A stretch of 64,000 bases of DNA, taken from an uncultured SAR86 cluster bacterium. GTDB taxonomy: Bacteria; Pseudomonadota; Gammaproteobacteria; Magnimaribacterales; D2472. The stretch spans positions 2,112-66,111 of the forward strand of contig CACNUA010000004.1 in the NCBI GenBank assembly GCA_902623535.1. The letters run 5' to 3'. The notes beneath the pieces were generated by a model. The model was not told the DNA's origin. It worked only from the letters and a program-made list of their open reading frames with translations, and did no database searches. Positions within the stretch are counted from its first letter, which is position 1. Each line of letters begins with the position of its first letter. This document shows positions 39,665-50,462 of the stretch, piece after piece. The position numbers and the translations under genes are program-made.

Positions 39665-40605
39665 CTTTAAGATCATCGTTTGGGATAAGTTTTAAACCTA
39701 ATAATTATTTAGAAGTTACCACTGCGGATCTAAAACAAAAACTTCAATCAATTGATACTACAAAAGCTATAATTCTAGGTGAGAATACCAATTCAATTTT
39801 TAATGAGTCCGTAGAATTCGATTGTGTTAGGTATATTGATAATGAACTATCAGTTGATGGTTCTTCTATCACAGCAGGTGCTTCAATAAATTGGCATGAA
39901 TTAGTAAAAATTTCCATCAATAATAATTTATATGGACTTGAAAATTTAGCGCATATTCCAGGTAGTGTTGGCGCTTCACCAATTCAAAATATTGGTGCCT
40001 ATGGTCAAGATGTTTCACAGGTTATTAAATTTGTTGAATGTCTTGATTTGGAATCATTAGAAACCTTTCAATTAACCAACAGTGAATGTAATTTTTCTTA
40101 TCGATCATCAATTTTTCAATCTAAAAAATATCTAATTACAAAAGTTTCATTTGAACTTGAAACTATTTTCAAGCCAAATTTGAGCTATAAATCTCTTTCA
40201 GAGTATGTGAAGAAAAACTCAATAAATATTTCTAAAGAGAATATTATTGAAACTATTGGAAAAGTAAGAGCCATAAGACTTCCTGATATTAAACTCCTAC
40301 CAAATTGTGGCAGTTTTTTTAAAAATCCAATTATTGATATTGATCAAGATGTTGATTCAAAGATACATATTATTGAAATTTCTGAATCATCTAAAAAATT
40401 ATCAGCAGCCAGCATGATTGGTTATGTGAAACATAAACTTAAGTTGCAAGGTGGAATCGAATTACATAAAAATCATGATTTAGTCTTAACTAACCCTAAA
40501 AATGCTTCGTTTAATGAGCTACTTGAATCAATTAAATCGATAAAAAATAGTGTCTTTAATGAGTTTGGTATTCATTTACAAACTGAGCCAATAATTTACA
40601 AATGA
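39661..40605 (+). CDS. murB: UDP-N-acetylenolpyruvoylglucosamine reductase
   Basis: GLENLAHIPGSVGASPIQNIGAYG, CNFSYRSSIF, NCGSFFKNP, FGIHLQTEP. Confidence 0.93.
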   Translation: MTLRSSFGISFKPNNYLEVTTADLKQKLQSIDTTKAIILGENTNSIFNESVEFDCVRYIDNELSVDGSSITAGASINWHELVKISINNNLYGLENLAHIPGSVGASPIQNIGAYGQDVSQVIKFVECLDLESLETFQLTNSECNFSYRSSIFQSKKYLITKVSFELETIFKPNLSYKSLSEYVKKNSINISKENIIETIGKVRAIRLPDIKLLPNCGSFFKNPIIDIDQDVDSKIHIIEISESSKKLSAASMIGYVKHKLKLQGGIELHKNHDLVLTNPKNASFNELLESIKSIKNSVFNEFGIHLQTEPIIYK

Positions 40606-41192
40606 TTCTTTTGTCCATAATTGCGCACCTCTTAGCTGTAGCATCACCTGGTCCTGATACATTTATAGTGATGAGGCAGACTTTAGCTTCTGGATTTAAG
40701 GCTGGATTAAGTTCTGCTATTGGTATTGGCTTTGGAATTTTAATACATTGCTCATTTGCACTTTATGGGCTAAGTACATTGATGTTAAGTGACCCTATAG
40801 GAAGTTATATACCTTATATAGGATCCATTTATCTTATTTTCTTAGGAGTGCAATCGATTTCTTCAAGAAATATCACCCTTGAAGATAATAAAAACACCTT
40901 GGATAAAAGATCTTTATTAATTGGTTTTTTTACAAATATTTTAAATTTAAAAGCATTCATCTTTTTTGTTTCTCTGTTTAGTGCCTTAACATTAAGGTAC
41001 ACAACTTATGAAATTAGTTGGTTGATAGTATATTTTTCATTAGCAACTACAGCTTGGTTTATTTTTCTAGCCTATTTTTTAAGTATTCCGTCAATCAAAA
41101 AAATTTATACTGACAAAATATCGCTAATAAATAAAATACTGGGAATTATCTTAATAATTATGGGCTTATTAGTTTTAATAAATATTTTATGA
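40602..41192 (+). CDS. LysE/RhtB family translocator
   Basis: SPGPD, GSIYLIFLG, GFFTNILNLKA. Confidence 0.9.
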   Translation: MILLSIIAHLLAVASPGPDTFIVMRQTLASGFKAGLSSAIGIGFGILIHCSFALYGLSTLMLSDPIGSYIPYIGSIYLIFLGVQSISSRNITLEDNKNTLDKRSLLIGFFTNILNLKAFIFFVSLFSALTLRYTTYEISWLIVYFSLATTAWFIFLAYFLSIPSIKKIYTDKISLINKILGIILIIMGLLVLINIL

Positions 41193-41701
41193 AGTTAGAA
41201 GATCTATCAAAACAAATTGAACAGAATCCTGGTTTTCCTCCAGTTCATTTATGGAATCCAAATTTATGTGAAGGAGTAAAATTCAGCATTGATAGAAATG
41301 GTGAATGGTTTTATCAAAACTCTCCATTAAAAAAAGAATCTTTAAAAATCTTATTTGCTTCAATTTTAAAGAAAGAAAATAATAATTATTACTGTGTTAC
41401 ACCTGTAGAAAAAGTACTTGTTGAAGTTGATTTGGCACCTTACATGATTATTGATTTCCACATCGATAATGATACCTACATCTTTGATACCAACTTGAAT
41501 TATTCATTTGCTCTTAAAGATACCCAAATTTCATTCCTAGAATCCAACGAGGAAATAATCCCCATTATTGATGTACGTGATTCAATTGAAGGATTTTTTT
41601 CAAGAAATATTTATTATGAATTAATTAATACTGGCTATGAAAGAGATGGTGCACTTTATATTAAAAGTGCCAATCAAGAGTATTGCTTTGGGAAGCTATA
41701 G
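41189..41701 (+). CDS. DUF1285 family protein
   Basis: PPVHLWNP, I..NGEWFY..SP, LFASIL, VTPVEKV.V.V..AP. Confidence 0.85.
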   Translation: MKLEDLSKQIEQNPGFPPVHLWNPNLCEGVKFSIDRNGEWFYQNSPLKKESLKILFASILKKENNNYYCVTPVEKVLVEVDLAPYMIIDFHIDNDTYIFDTNLNYSFALKDTQISFLESNEEIIPIIDVRDSIEGFFSRNIYYELINTGYERDGALYIKSANQEYCFGKL

Positions 41702-43450
41702 ATTAAGCGTATCCTCAATCCAAGAATCAATATTCTCCTCTAGCATGTAAAGCGGTATAGCTCCTCTTTTTAAGACTTCATGATGAAAATCTTTAACATC
41801 GTATAAATCACCAAGCTTTTCTTGTGCTCTATTTTTCAGCTCAAGAATTTTAAGTTGACCAATTTTATATGCTAGAGCCTGTCCTGGCCAATTAATGTAT
41901 CTATCAACTTCATTAATAATATCCTGCTGTGTTTTAGCAGAGTTATCTAAAAAATAGTTAATTGCATCTTGTCGAGACCAATCCATATAATGCATGCCAG
42001 TATCTACCACAAGCCGAATAGCTCTCCACATATCATAAGTTAGCTGACCAAATTTAGAGTAGGGGTCCTTATAAAGCCCCATGTCATAACCAAGACTCTC
42101 ACTGTAAAGTCCCCAACCCTCAACAAATGCAGTAAAGCCACCATATTTTCTAAAGTTTGGTAAGTCCAGTTCCATGGCTAGTGCAATTTGTAAGTGGTGT
42201 CCTGGAACTGCCTCGTGAACACTAAGAACTTCGATCTCATATTTAGGCCTAACTTCAGGTCTGTAGAGATTGACATAATAATATCCAGCACGAGACCCAT
42301 CAGCAGCAGGTCTTTGGTAATAGGCCGTTGTTGTATCGGGTGCACTTTCTTCAGGAATGGGCTTAATTCCATATGGTATTGATGGTAATACTTTAAATAG
42401 ATTTACTAGTTCAGGATCTAATCTTTTAGAGGTTGCTAGATATTCCTTAAATAAATCATCAGGATTATCGAAGTAAAATTTAGGATTCGTTCGTAAGTCA
42501 TTAAGAAAGCCCTTAAAAGTACCTTTCCAGGAAACAGATTCAATAACATCATCCATTTCATCCCTGATTCTTTTAACTTCATTTAATCCAATTTGATGAA
42601 TTTCTTCAGGTGTTAAATCAGTTGTTGTGAACCTTCTAGCAGTAAATTCATAATATGCCTTACCACTAGGAATCTCGCTGATACCTATTGATGTCCTACA
42701 ATTCGGAAGATATTCTTTCTCAAAAAATTTTAATAAGTTTTTATAGGCAGGAATGATATCTCTGCTAATGACTTCAAGCGCTTGATCTTGAATTTCTTTA
42801 ATTTCATCTTCAGAAAATAAACGCGTATCCATTTCAGCGAAATGTTTAAAGAAGGGACTTTTATAAGCTGTAGTATTGGCTTGAAGTTTAATTTGCTCCT
42901 TTACTCTTTCCATTAAGATTTTAGGAGGCATAACATTGTTTTCAATGCCTTGGGAGGCTATAGCAATTTCATTAGTAATTAGATCAGGAACTTTTTTAAG
43001 TCGTTCAATCCAGTCAATGTAGTGATCAATAGATCTAAAAGGCAAAACTGAGGTAGTATCGTGAAGTAATTGGATGCCACCTCTGTGACTAAATGGCAGT
43101 AAATAAATTTTATATTGCTGCATCTCGACAGATTCAGATACTTGCTTAACGAACAATCTATAATTTGTTAAATCATCTTCACTAAATGATTTTGGATTAA
43201 TGTTTTCTAACTCAATAAGCATCTCCTTTTCGTACTCGTGGTCTTTAAAGATTTTTCTTAAAGAGCTATCTCCCCATTCTTGGTTCCTTGAAAGGTCACC
43301 CATGCTTGAGGCATAAACTGGATTATCAGATATAACTTTATTCCATTGTTCATCAACAATTGAATTAAATCTATTAATCTCTGAAACTTCCGAGCAAGAA
43401 GTAATTAGAAAAATAATAAGAAATGATTTTATAAAATTAGAAATGTCCAT
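41696..43450 (-). CDS. DUF885 family lipoprotein (putative metallopeptidase)
   Basis: Lipobox ITSC, HEAVPGHHLQ, AFVEGWGLYSE, RAIRLVVDTGMH, PGQALAYKIG. Confidence 0.9.
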   Translation of the reverse strand: MDISNFIKSFLIIFLITSCSEVSEINRFNSIVDEQWNKVISDNPVYASSMGDLSRNQEWGDSSLRKIFKDHEYEKEMLIELENINPKSFSEDDLTNYRLFVKQVSESVEMQQYKIYLLPFSHRGGIQLLHDTTSVLPFRSIDHYIDWIERLKKVPDLITNEIAIASQGIENNVMPPKILMERVKEQIKLQANTTAYKSPFFKHFAEMDTRLFSEDEIKEIQDQALEVISRDIIPAYKNLLKFFEKEYLPNCRTSIGISEIPSGKAYYEFTARRFTTTDLTPEEIHQIGLNEVKRIRDEMDDVIESVSWKGTFKGFLNDLRTNPKFYFDNPDDLFKEYLATSKRLDPELVNLFKVLPSIPYGIKPIPEESAPDTTTAYYQRPAADGSRAGYYYVNLYRPEVRPKYEIEVLSVHEAVPGHHLQIALAMELDLPNFRKYGGFTAFVEGWGLYSESLGYDMGLYKDPYSKFGQLTYDMWRAIRLVVDTGMHYMDWSRQDAINYFLDNSAKTQQDIINEVDRYINWPGQALAYKIGQLKILELKNRAQEKLGDLYDVKDFHHEVLKRGAIPLYMLEENIDSWIEDTLNL

Positions 43451-43451
43451 A

Positions 43452-45110
43452 TTACATATTTGGGTAATTTGGTCCTCCGGTTCCCTCTGGCGTTACCCAT
43501 CTAATGTTTTGAGATGGATCTTTAATATCACATGTTTTGCAGTGGACACAGTTTTGAGCATTAATTACAAATTTATGTTCTCCATTATCCTCTACAACCT
43601 CATAAACACCTGCAGGACAGTACCTTTGGGCAGGCTCATCATAAATTGGTAAGTTAGTAGAAATAGGTATAGAAGGATCTTTTAATTGTAAATGACACGG
43701 CTGATCTTCTTCATGATTTGTATTGGAAAGAAAAACTGAAGAAAGCTTATCAAAACTAACTTTTCCATCAGGTTTTGGGTAATCAATTTTAGGTGATTCA
43801 GAGACTTTCTTTAAACACGCATAATCAGGAGTTTTATGATGAAGAGTAAATGGCAGCTTTCCTCTAAAAATAAATTGATCAATAGCAGCTAGGGCAACTC
43901 CTAGCAAACCCTTAAATCCTAATTTGAGGCCCTTATGCAAAAATGGACCCCAATTCCTTGCTTTGTAAAGTTCAGTATTGATCCAAGAATTTACAAAAGC
44001 ATTTTCGTATTCTGTTAAATCCCCATTGAGTTTATCGTTTACTATTGCATCAAAAACTACCTCGGAGGCCAGCATGCCAGATTTCATTGCTGTATGAGTC
44101 CCTTTAATTTTTGGAAAATTAAGAGTTCCTGCATTATCTCCAACCAATAAACCTCCTGGAAATGACATTTTTGGTCTTGATTGATATCCACCCTTAATCA
44201 GGGCTCTTGCACCATAAGCCACTCGAGTTCCTTTTTCTAGTATATTTTTAATATCTTTATGCTGTTTCCATTGTTGGAATTCATCAAATGGACTTAAATG
44301 AGGATTGTCGTAATCCAAAGGCACTACATAACCTAAGTAAACCTGATTATTTTCACCATGATAAAAATATGATCCAGAGATAGTTCCATTGCTTGGCCAT
44401 CCCATGGTATGCATTACTGTCCCTTCTTGGTGATCTTCGGGTTGAATGTCCCAAATTTCTTTAAATCCAATTCCATAATGTTGTGGATCTTTTTCATTAT
44501 CTAAGTTGAATTTAGCGATTAATTCTTTTCCTAAATGTCCTCTGCAGCCTTCAGCAAAGATAGTGTACTTACCGCGTAATTCCATCTCTGGTTGATAACT
44601 TGGCTTTTTTTCACCATTTTGTGAAACTCCCATTTCTCCAGTAACTATTCCTTTAACTATGCCATCTTCAACAATAATATCTGAGGCAGTAAAGCCTGGA
44701 AAAATCTCTACTCCCAATTGCTCAGCTTGTTCTCCAAGCCATCTACAGAAATTAGCCAAGCTCATAATATAATTCCCATGATTATTAAATGTGGGTATCA
44801 AAAAGGTTGGAAAGGGTATTTTAAAGGATGAATTTTGGGAGATCATGAATTTAACAACATCTTTTTTAGCAGGATTATTTAAAGGGGCTCCTTTATCCTT
44901 CCAATCGGGAATAAGTTCATTCAATGCGGTTGGCTCAAAGACATTACCTGAAAGTATATGTGCTCCTATTTCCGAGCCTTTTTCAATTATACATATGCTT
45001 AATTCTTTATTATTTTCTTTTGCTAATTGTGCAAGCTTTATGGCGCTACTTAATCCTGACGGACCAGCTCCTACAATTACTACATCGTAGTCCATAACAT
45101 CACGTTCCAT
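43452..45110 (-). CDS. Electron transfer flavoprotein-ubiquinone oxidoreductase
   Basis: VGAGPSGL, EKGSEIGAHILSG, IKGTHTAMKSG, CPAGVYE, NCVHCKTCDIKDP, GGPNY. Confidence 0.97.
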   Translation of the reverse strand: MERDVMDYDVVIVGAGPSGLSSAIKLAQLAKENNKELSICIIEKGSEIGAHILSGNVFEPTALNELIPDWKDKGAPLNNPAKKDVVKFMISQNSSFKIPFPTFLIPTFNNHGNYIMSLANFCRWLGEQAEQLGVEIFPGFTASDIIVEDGIVKGIVTGEMGVSQNGEKKPSYQPEMELRGKYTIFAEGCRGHLGKELIAKFNLDNEKDPQHYGIGFKEIWDIQPEDHQEGTVMHTMGWPSNGTISGSYFYHGENNQVYLGYVVPLDYDNPHLSPFDEFQQWKQHKDIKNILEKGTRVAYGARALIKGGYQSRPKMSFPGGLLVGDNAGTLNFPKIKGTHTAMKSGMLASEVVFDAIVNDKLNGDLTEYENAFVNSWINTELYKARNWGPFLHKGLKLGFKGLLGVALAAIDQFIFRGKLPFTLHHKTPDYACLKKVSESPKIDYPKPDGKVSFDKLSSVFLSNTNHEEDQPCHLQLKDPSIPISTNLPIYDEPAQRYCPAGVYEVVEDNGEHKFVINAQNCVHCKTCDIKDPSQNIRWVTPEGTGGPNYPNM

Positions 45111-45195
45111 GATTGATCCTTTGGCTTTTATTTTTCTTAAAAAACATTACAATTATAGCTCTTAAACTAAGTTCACACTATATTACTTAATAAAT

Positions 45196-45945
45196 ATGAA
45201 AATTCTCGTACCAATTAAAAGAGTTGTTGACTATAACGTTAAGGTAAGGCCACTTAGCGATAATTCAAATGTTGATTTGAATAATGTGAAAATGGCAGTC
45301 AATCCATTTTGTGAAATTGCTGTAGAAGAGGCAGTGCGATTAAAAGAAAGTGGTGCAGCTACTGAGATTATTGCTGTTACTGTTGGTACATCTGCTTCAC
45401 AGGAACAGCTAAGGACTGCTTTAGCGTTAGGTTGCGATAGAGCAATTCTCATAGAATCTGAAGAAAATCCTGAGCCTTTAGTCATAGCAAAGGCATTAGC
45501 AAAAATTGCTGAAGAAGAAAATCCTGATCTCATTATTTTAGGAAAACAGGCCATTGACGGTGACAATAATCAAACTGGTCAAATGCTCTCTGCAATACTT
45601 GATCTACCACAAGCTACTTTTGCTTCAAATTTAGTAATTGAAGGGCAGACTGCAAATGTAACTAGGGAAATAGACGGTGGATTGCAAACCATCAAGGTTA
45701 ATTTACCTGCAATTGTAACAACGGATTTAAGATTAAATGAACCAAGATATGCATCGTTACCAAATATCATGAAAGCAAAGAAAAAAGAGCTTGCTACGAA
45801 AAGCATTAATGATCTTGGCATTGATACATCGGCAAGAACAGAAATTATATCTGTAGAACTACCACCACAAAGACAAGCCGGTATAAAAGTTGAGTCAGTT
45901 GATGAGTTGGTTGATAAATTAAAAAATGAGGCTAAGGCAATATGA
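45196..45945 (+). CDS. etfB: Electron transfer flavoprotein beta subunit
   Basis: [42 protein letters not shown]. Confidence 0.97.
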   Translation: MKILVPIKRVVDYNVKVRPLSDNSNVDLNNVKMAVNPFCEIAVEEAVRLKESGAATEIIAVTVGTSASQEQLRTALALGCDRAILIESEENPEPLVIAKALAKIAEEENPDLIILGKQAIDGDNNQTGQMLSAILDLPQATFASNLVIEGQTANVTREIDGGLQTIKVNLPAIVTTDLRLNEPRYASLPNIMKAKKKELATKSINDLGIDTSARTEIISVELPPQRQAGIKVESVDELVDKLKNEAKAI

Positions 45946-46868
45946 GTATTTTAGTAATAGCGGAACATGATAACACCAGTATTAGACCGTCAACCCTTAA
46001 TACCATAGCCGCAGCAAAGCTATTAGGTGATGACATACATCTATTTGTTGCAACTAATAACTCCGAACTACCTAATTCCGCATCAACCATAGAAAATATT
46101 TCTAAGGTAATTGCAAGTATCGATGACACCTTAGAACATCAACTTCCCGAAGCTCTTGCTCCAATGATAAAAGAGATAGCAACAAGTTATTCTCATGTAT
46201 TAGCACCAGCAACAACATTTGGAAAAAACTTAATGCCTAGAGCTAGTGCGCTCTTAGATTCACAACAGATATCAGATATATCAGGAGTGATTGATCAAGA
46301 TACATTTAAAAGACCGATTTATGCTGGAAGTTGTATTGCCACAGTTAAATCTAATGATTCTATTAAGCTTATTACTGTTAGAGCTACTGCCTTTGATCCT
46401 GTGCAGCTTATTGGGGGCTCTGCAGCTGTTGAAAGTTTTGATAGTGTTGCAAGTAATGATAAAAGTGAATTTGTAAGTGAGGAAATCGCTAAAAGTGATA
46501 GACCTGAATTAACAGCAGCTGATGTAATCATTTCTGGTGGTAGAGGTATGCAATCAGGTGATAACTTCCATCTCTTAGAAACTATTGCGGATAAACTTGG
46601 TGCTGCTGTTGGTGCTTCAAGGGCTGCCGTTGATGCTGGATTTGTTCCAAATGACTATCAAGTGGGTCAAACAGGAAAAATTGTTGCCCCAAATCTATAT
46701 ATTGCAGTGGGTATATCTGGTGCCATTCAACACCTTGCGGGGATGAAAGACTCAAAAGTTATTGTAGCCATTAACAAAGATGAAGATGCACCAATATTTC
46801 AAGTTTCTGATTATGGCTTAGTAGCAGACCTTTTTAATGTTCTTCCTGAGCTTGCTGATAAAATTTAA
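45942..46868 (+). CDS. etfA: Electron transfer flavoprotein alpha subunit
   Basis: [39 protein letters not shown]. Confidence 0.97.
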   Translation: MSILVIAEHDNTSIRPSTLNTIAAAKLLGDDIHLFVATNNSELPNSASTIENISKVIASIDDTLEHQLPEALAPMIKEIATSYSHVLAPATTFGKNLMPRASALLDSQQISDISGVIDQDTFKRPIYAGSCIATVKSNDSIKLITVRATAFDPVQLIGGSAAVESFDSVASNDKSEFVSEEIAKSDRPELTAADVIISGGRGMQSGDNFHLLETIADKLGAAVGASRAAVDAGFVPNDYQVGQTGKIVAPNLYIAVGISGAIQHLAGMKDSKVIVAINKDEDAPIFQVSDYGLVADLFNVLPELADKI

Positions 46869-46869
46869 C

Positions 46870-47961
46870 TTACTGATTTAAAGTTATATTTTTAGAGAGC
46901 GAATCAAGTGCACTCGAGCTATTTCCATTAATAATTTCATGTTCTTTTGCAGAAAGGCAATATCTCCATAATGGATATTCTTTAGCTACACCCATTCCAC
47001 CATGAAGGTGCTGTGCCGCATAGGACGTTCTGTGTAAGACATTACCAGTTATATATTTTAAATTTAAGATTTGATTTTCGAAATCAATACCTGAGCTATA
47101 TAAATATGATGCTTGTTGCAGGTTTAGATCAAGCTCTTGATGATCTATAAACATATTTGCAGCGCGGTGTGATACTGCTTGAAATGATCCAATAGGCCTA
47201 TCAAACTGTTCCCTTTCACTTGTATAAGCTGCAGTTAATTCCAACATCTTTAATATCATACCTCTAGCTAAAGAAGCCTGGATAAGTACTCTTCGAGCAT
47301 AGATATTCTTTAATAAAAAAAGTCCTTCACCTGATTTATTGATAATTGATTCTTTACTAACAATTACACCATCAAGATTTAACTTGGAGTAGGGCGTCTT
47401 ACTGGTGACATCAAGAGAAGTAATTTCTAATTGATCCGTTTCTATAAGGGCTAAATATACTCCATCATTAGTAATAAAGGATATTAAAGCTTTCTTAGCA
47501 ATATCTAGATTATAAGAGAGTATTTTTGTACCTGATAGCCTATAGCCACGGTTTGATAATTTACCGGCAACATTTGGAGATTCAATTTCAAAATTTAATG
47601 GCTCATTAAGTGCAGATGTATATGAATATAATTTGTTTGAAACTAAATCAGTAATTATTTCTGAAAGCCCATTAAAAGATGATTCATGGAGTGTAATTAA
47701 AACATCTGATGCTAATGCAGTAAGATTAAGAGGACTATTCGAATATCCCAGTTCTTCAGATAATATCTTAATAACATCAAAATTAATTTTATTCGTATCT
47801 TTATCCACAAGATAACCGCTGTTAATAAGCTCACTAAGTAATGCTGGATCATATCTGTGAGAATCAAATTTTTTCAGGTAGTCCTCATTACTGAAGGACT
47901 CTAGGAGTTTTTTTAGACTTTCTCTAATTAACTTTTCTTCATTAGATAACGAAAAATCCAT
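46870..47961 (-). CDS. Acyl-CoA dehydrogenase family protein, probable non-catalytic partner subunit
   Basis: REQFDRPIGSFQAV.HR.A.M, QHLHGGMG; short and divergent, lacking the C-terminal GGxxE segment. Confidence 0.85.
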   Translation of the reverse strand: MDFSLSNEEKLIRESLKKLLESFSNEDYLKKFDSHRYDPALLSELINSGYLVDKDTNKINFDVIKILSEELGYSNSPLNLTALASDVLITLHESSFNGLSEIITDLVSNKLYSYTSALNEPLNFEIESPNVAGKLSNRGYRLSGTKILSYNLDIAKKALISFITNDGVYLALIETDQLEITSLDVTSKTPYSKLNLDGVIVSKESIINKSGEGLFLLKNIYARRVLIQASLARGMILKMLELTAAYTSEREQFDRPIGSFQAVSHRAANMFIDHQELDLNLQQASYLYSSGIDFENQILNLKYITGNVLHRTSYAAQHLHGGMGVAKEYPLWRYCLSAKEHEIINGNSSSALDSLSKNITLNQ

Positions 47962-49139
47962 TATCTTGATCTTGGCATTAATAGCCCTGCCATAGAAATG
48001 ATATCTCGTTGCACTTCATTAGTTCCACCACCAAAAGTAAGGATTGAGGCAGTTCTATACATCCTTTCCAATCTACTATTAAGAATTGATAAGCTGTCAT
48101 CTCTGATAATTGAGAGTTCACCAAAGATCTCCATCATCATTCTGTAAGCTTCTATAAAATACTCAGAACCATATATCTTAGCTAGAGAAGCATCTGTCAT
48201 TGAAAGGACATTATTCTCCATTCCCCAAACCTGTTTCCAACAAATTAATTTTAGCGTCTCCAAACCAGAATAGATTTTTGCAAAATTGGATTTAACCCAT
48301 TCAATATCTGAAAGAACATTTGTTGAGTCAACCTTTGTTGATTTTGCTAACGATAATAGCTGATGATACAACTCATCTACTGGTCCATGATTGACTAGAG
48401 CAAGTCTTTCTAGATTTAATTGACTCGTTATTAGATTCCATCCAGAATTTAGCTCACCTACTAAATTGTTTTTTGAAACAAAGATATCATCATAGTAAGT
48501 CATATTAGTCGTTACATCACCTAGAGTCTGAATAGGCGTATAAGAGAACCCATCATCATCAGTAGGAACAATAAACATTGAAATGCCTTTATGCTTTTTA
48601 ACCTTATTATTTGTCCTAGCTGCCAACCAAATATAGTCAGCATAATTAGCTAAACTAGTCCAAATCTTTTGGCCATTAATTTTAAATCCTTCCTTATAGG
48701 GCAATGCTTGTGTCTTAAGTGATGCTAAATCAGTTCCAGCGTTTGGCTCTGAATACCCTATGGCAAAAATAGTTTCGCCCTTTAGAATAGATTTTGCGAT
48801 AGTTTCTTTAGCCCAATCAGATCCATACCGAGCAATCATTGGCCCAACAGACTCAGTCGTTAAAAATGGAAAAGGAAATCCAGTTCTCATAATCTCCTCA
48901 ACAAAGATATATTGCTCTATTGGAGTGAACTCTTTGCCACCAAATTCTTTTGGCCAACTTAAGCCAATCCATCCATCTTGACCCATAATTTTTAATGCTT
49001 TTTTAAATTCTGGACCTCCACCTTCAAAAAACTGTTGATCACTCATCTCACTCAAAAGTTCTTTATTTAATAAAGATGAGAAATACTCCTTAAGCTCATC
49101 TTTAAGTTTTTGTTGTTTCTTTGTTAATTCAATTTTCAT
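47961..49139 (-). CDS. Acyl-CoA dehydrogenase, FadE26/FadE29 (ChsE)-like
   Basis: GWIGLSWPKEFGG, FAIGYSEPNAGTDLASL, NGQKIWTS, QLNLER, TFGGGTNEVQRDII. Confidence 0.9.
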   Translation of the reverse strand: MKIELTKKQQKLKDELKEYFSSLLNKELLSEMSDQQFFEGGGPEFKKALKIMGQDGWIGLSWPKEFGGKEFTPIEQYIFVEEIMRTGFPFPFLTTESVGPMIARYGSDWAKETIAKSILKGETIFAIGYSEPNAGTDLASLKTQALPYKEGFKINGQKIWTSLANYADYIWLAARTNNKVKKHKGISMFIVPTDDDGFSYTPIQTLGDVTTNMTYYDDIFVSKNNLVGELNSGWNLITSQLNLERLALVNHGPVDELYHQLLSLAKSTKVDSTNVLSDIEWVKSNFAKIYSGLETLKLICWKQVWGMENNVLSMTDASLAKIYGSEYFIEAYRMMMEIFGELSIIRDDSLSILNSRLERMYRTASILTFGGGTNEVQRDIISMAGLLMPRSR

Positions 49140-49142
49140 AGT

Positions 49143-50462
49143 TCATTCATAGATGTTTAATAATGATTTTAAGAAATTTCTTTCATTATCCCATTCTTTT
49201 CTTCCACCGGATAATCCTAATCTAACAACAATTAATTCTAATTCAGGAATAACAAATAATCTTTGGCCTTGAAATCCGTTTGCTGAAAACATTTTTTGCT
49301 CAATATCATAAAATGCTGGACTAATCTCTTTATCACTTGTATTAAGCCACCATTGACCACCATAATTTTTAATTAATTTATCGTTATTTAATCTTGTAGG
49401 TTGGGTCATAAGATCAAACATTTTTTTACTTATAAATGATTCATCATTCTTTGATGCATTCATCATCATAATACCAACCTTTAACCATGACTCAGCGCTT
49501 ACATATCCAAAAGAGGAAGCTATAAAATTTCCTAGATTGTCGGTTCCAAAATAAATGTTGTTAAGATCTAAAGGTTCAAAAATATAGTATTTGTACAATT
49601 CGATTGGAGTAAAACCAAGAGTACTAGCCTTTTCCGTCATTTTAAAATTTAGGAGATTTGTAGCTGCTGATGAATAAGACCAATAATCACCTGGTTTATG
49701 TGCCATTTCTAATGAAGATAAATACAAACCAACATTTTCTGAAGTTATCATTGCAAAATAGTCTGTTAAAGGAAAATAAGATTCCTTATAGTCCAATCCA
49801 TCAACGTGATTCAGCAAATGCTTAAACGTTAATTCACTCCCATTATCAGCTCTGTTTGGAAGAACTTTATCGGTTAATTCAAAGTATCCTTCACCATGCA
49901 TTCTTGAAAACAGCACAGAGGATAGAGATTTAGTCATGCTCCAAGATAATAAAGGGGTCTCTGCATTTGAGAATAAATCATATGACTCACCAGAGACCGA
50001 ATTCTTATAAAAAACTAGCAAAGCTCTTGTGCCAGGATCCTTTTCTAGTTCCTCATCGATTAAATTTTGAACTTCCTTATTAATGTTTCTTCTTGTAAGA
50101 GAGGTATTAGATGAAGGATTGTTTATTACTGAAACTATATTGTTGTTGGGAGTACATCCATAGCTTTCTTTAAAGTATATTTTTGAGCTTGAGGGACCAA
50201 ACTTTACTTCAACAGATTTTTCATCCTTGTCGATTGAATAATCTATAAGATTAAAAATTAAGTTATCAAAAAGGGGTATTCCAAATGGATCAGTCCGACC
50301 TTCTTGCTTTCGGATAGATTCGAGCGGTCTTTTTGAAATGAAGTAACTGCCACACGCAACCTGAGATGAAAAAAAAGCGACCTGATTACTTATAAATAAA
50401 GCAATTCCATATAAATAAGAAATTACCAAAAATAAAATTAACTGAGTAAATATTCTAATCAT
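49143..50462 (-). CDS. Serine hydrolase, beta-lactamase/AmpC-like family
   Basis: SxxK (SWSMTKS), WSYSS, YGGQWWLN, ANGFQGQ, LIVVRLG; N-terminal TM anchor. Confidence 0.88.
   Translation of the reverse strand: MIRIFTQLILFLVISYLYGIALFISNQVAFFSSQVACGSYFISKRPLESIRKQEGRTDPFGIPLFDNLIFNLIDYSIDKDEKSVEVKFGPSSSKIYFKESYGCTPNNNIVSVINNPSSNTSLTRRNINKEVQNLIDEELEKDPGTRALLVFYKNSVSGESYDLFSNAETPLLSWSMTKSLSSVLFSRMHGEGYFELTDKVLPNRADNGSELTFKHLLNHVDGLDYKESYFPLTDYFAMITSENVGLYLSSLEMAHKPGDYWSYSSAATNLLNFKMTEKASTLGFTPIELYKYYIFEPLDLNNIYFGTDNLGNFIASSFGYVSAESWLKVGIMMMNASKNDESFISKKMFDLMTQPTRLNNDKLIKNYGGQWWLNTSDKEISPAFYDIEQKMFSANGFQGQRLFVIPELELIVVRLGLSGGRKEWDNERNFLKSLLNIYE

Noticed and set aside
49143-50462. Antibiotic-resistance beta-lactamase
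   Set aside because: The SxxK family is dominated by esterases and amidases. Context with ACADs suggests catabolism, and nothing specifically supports resistance.
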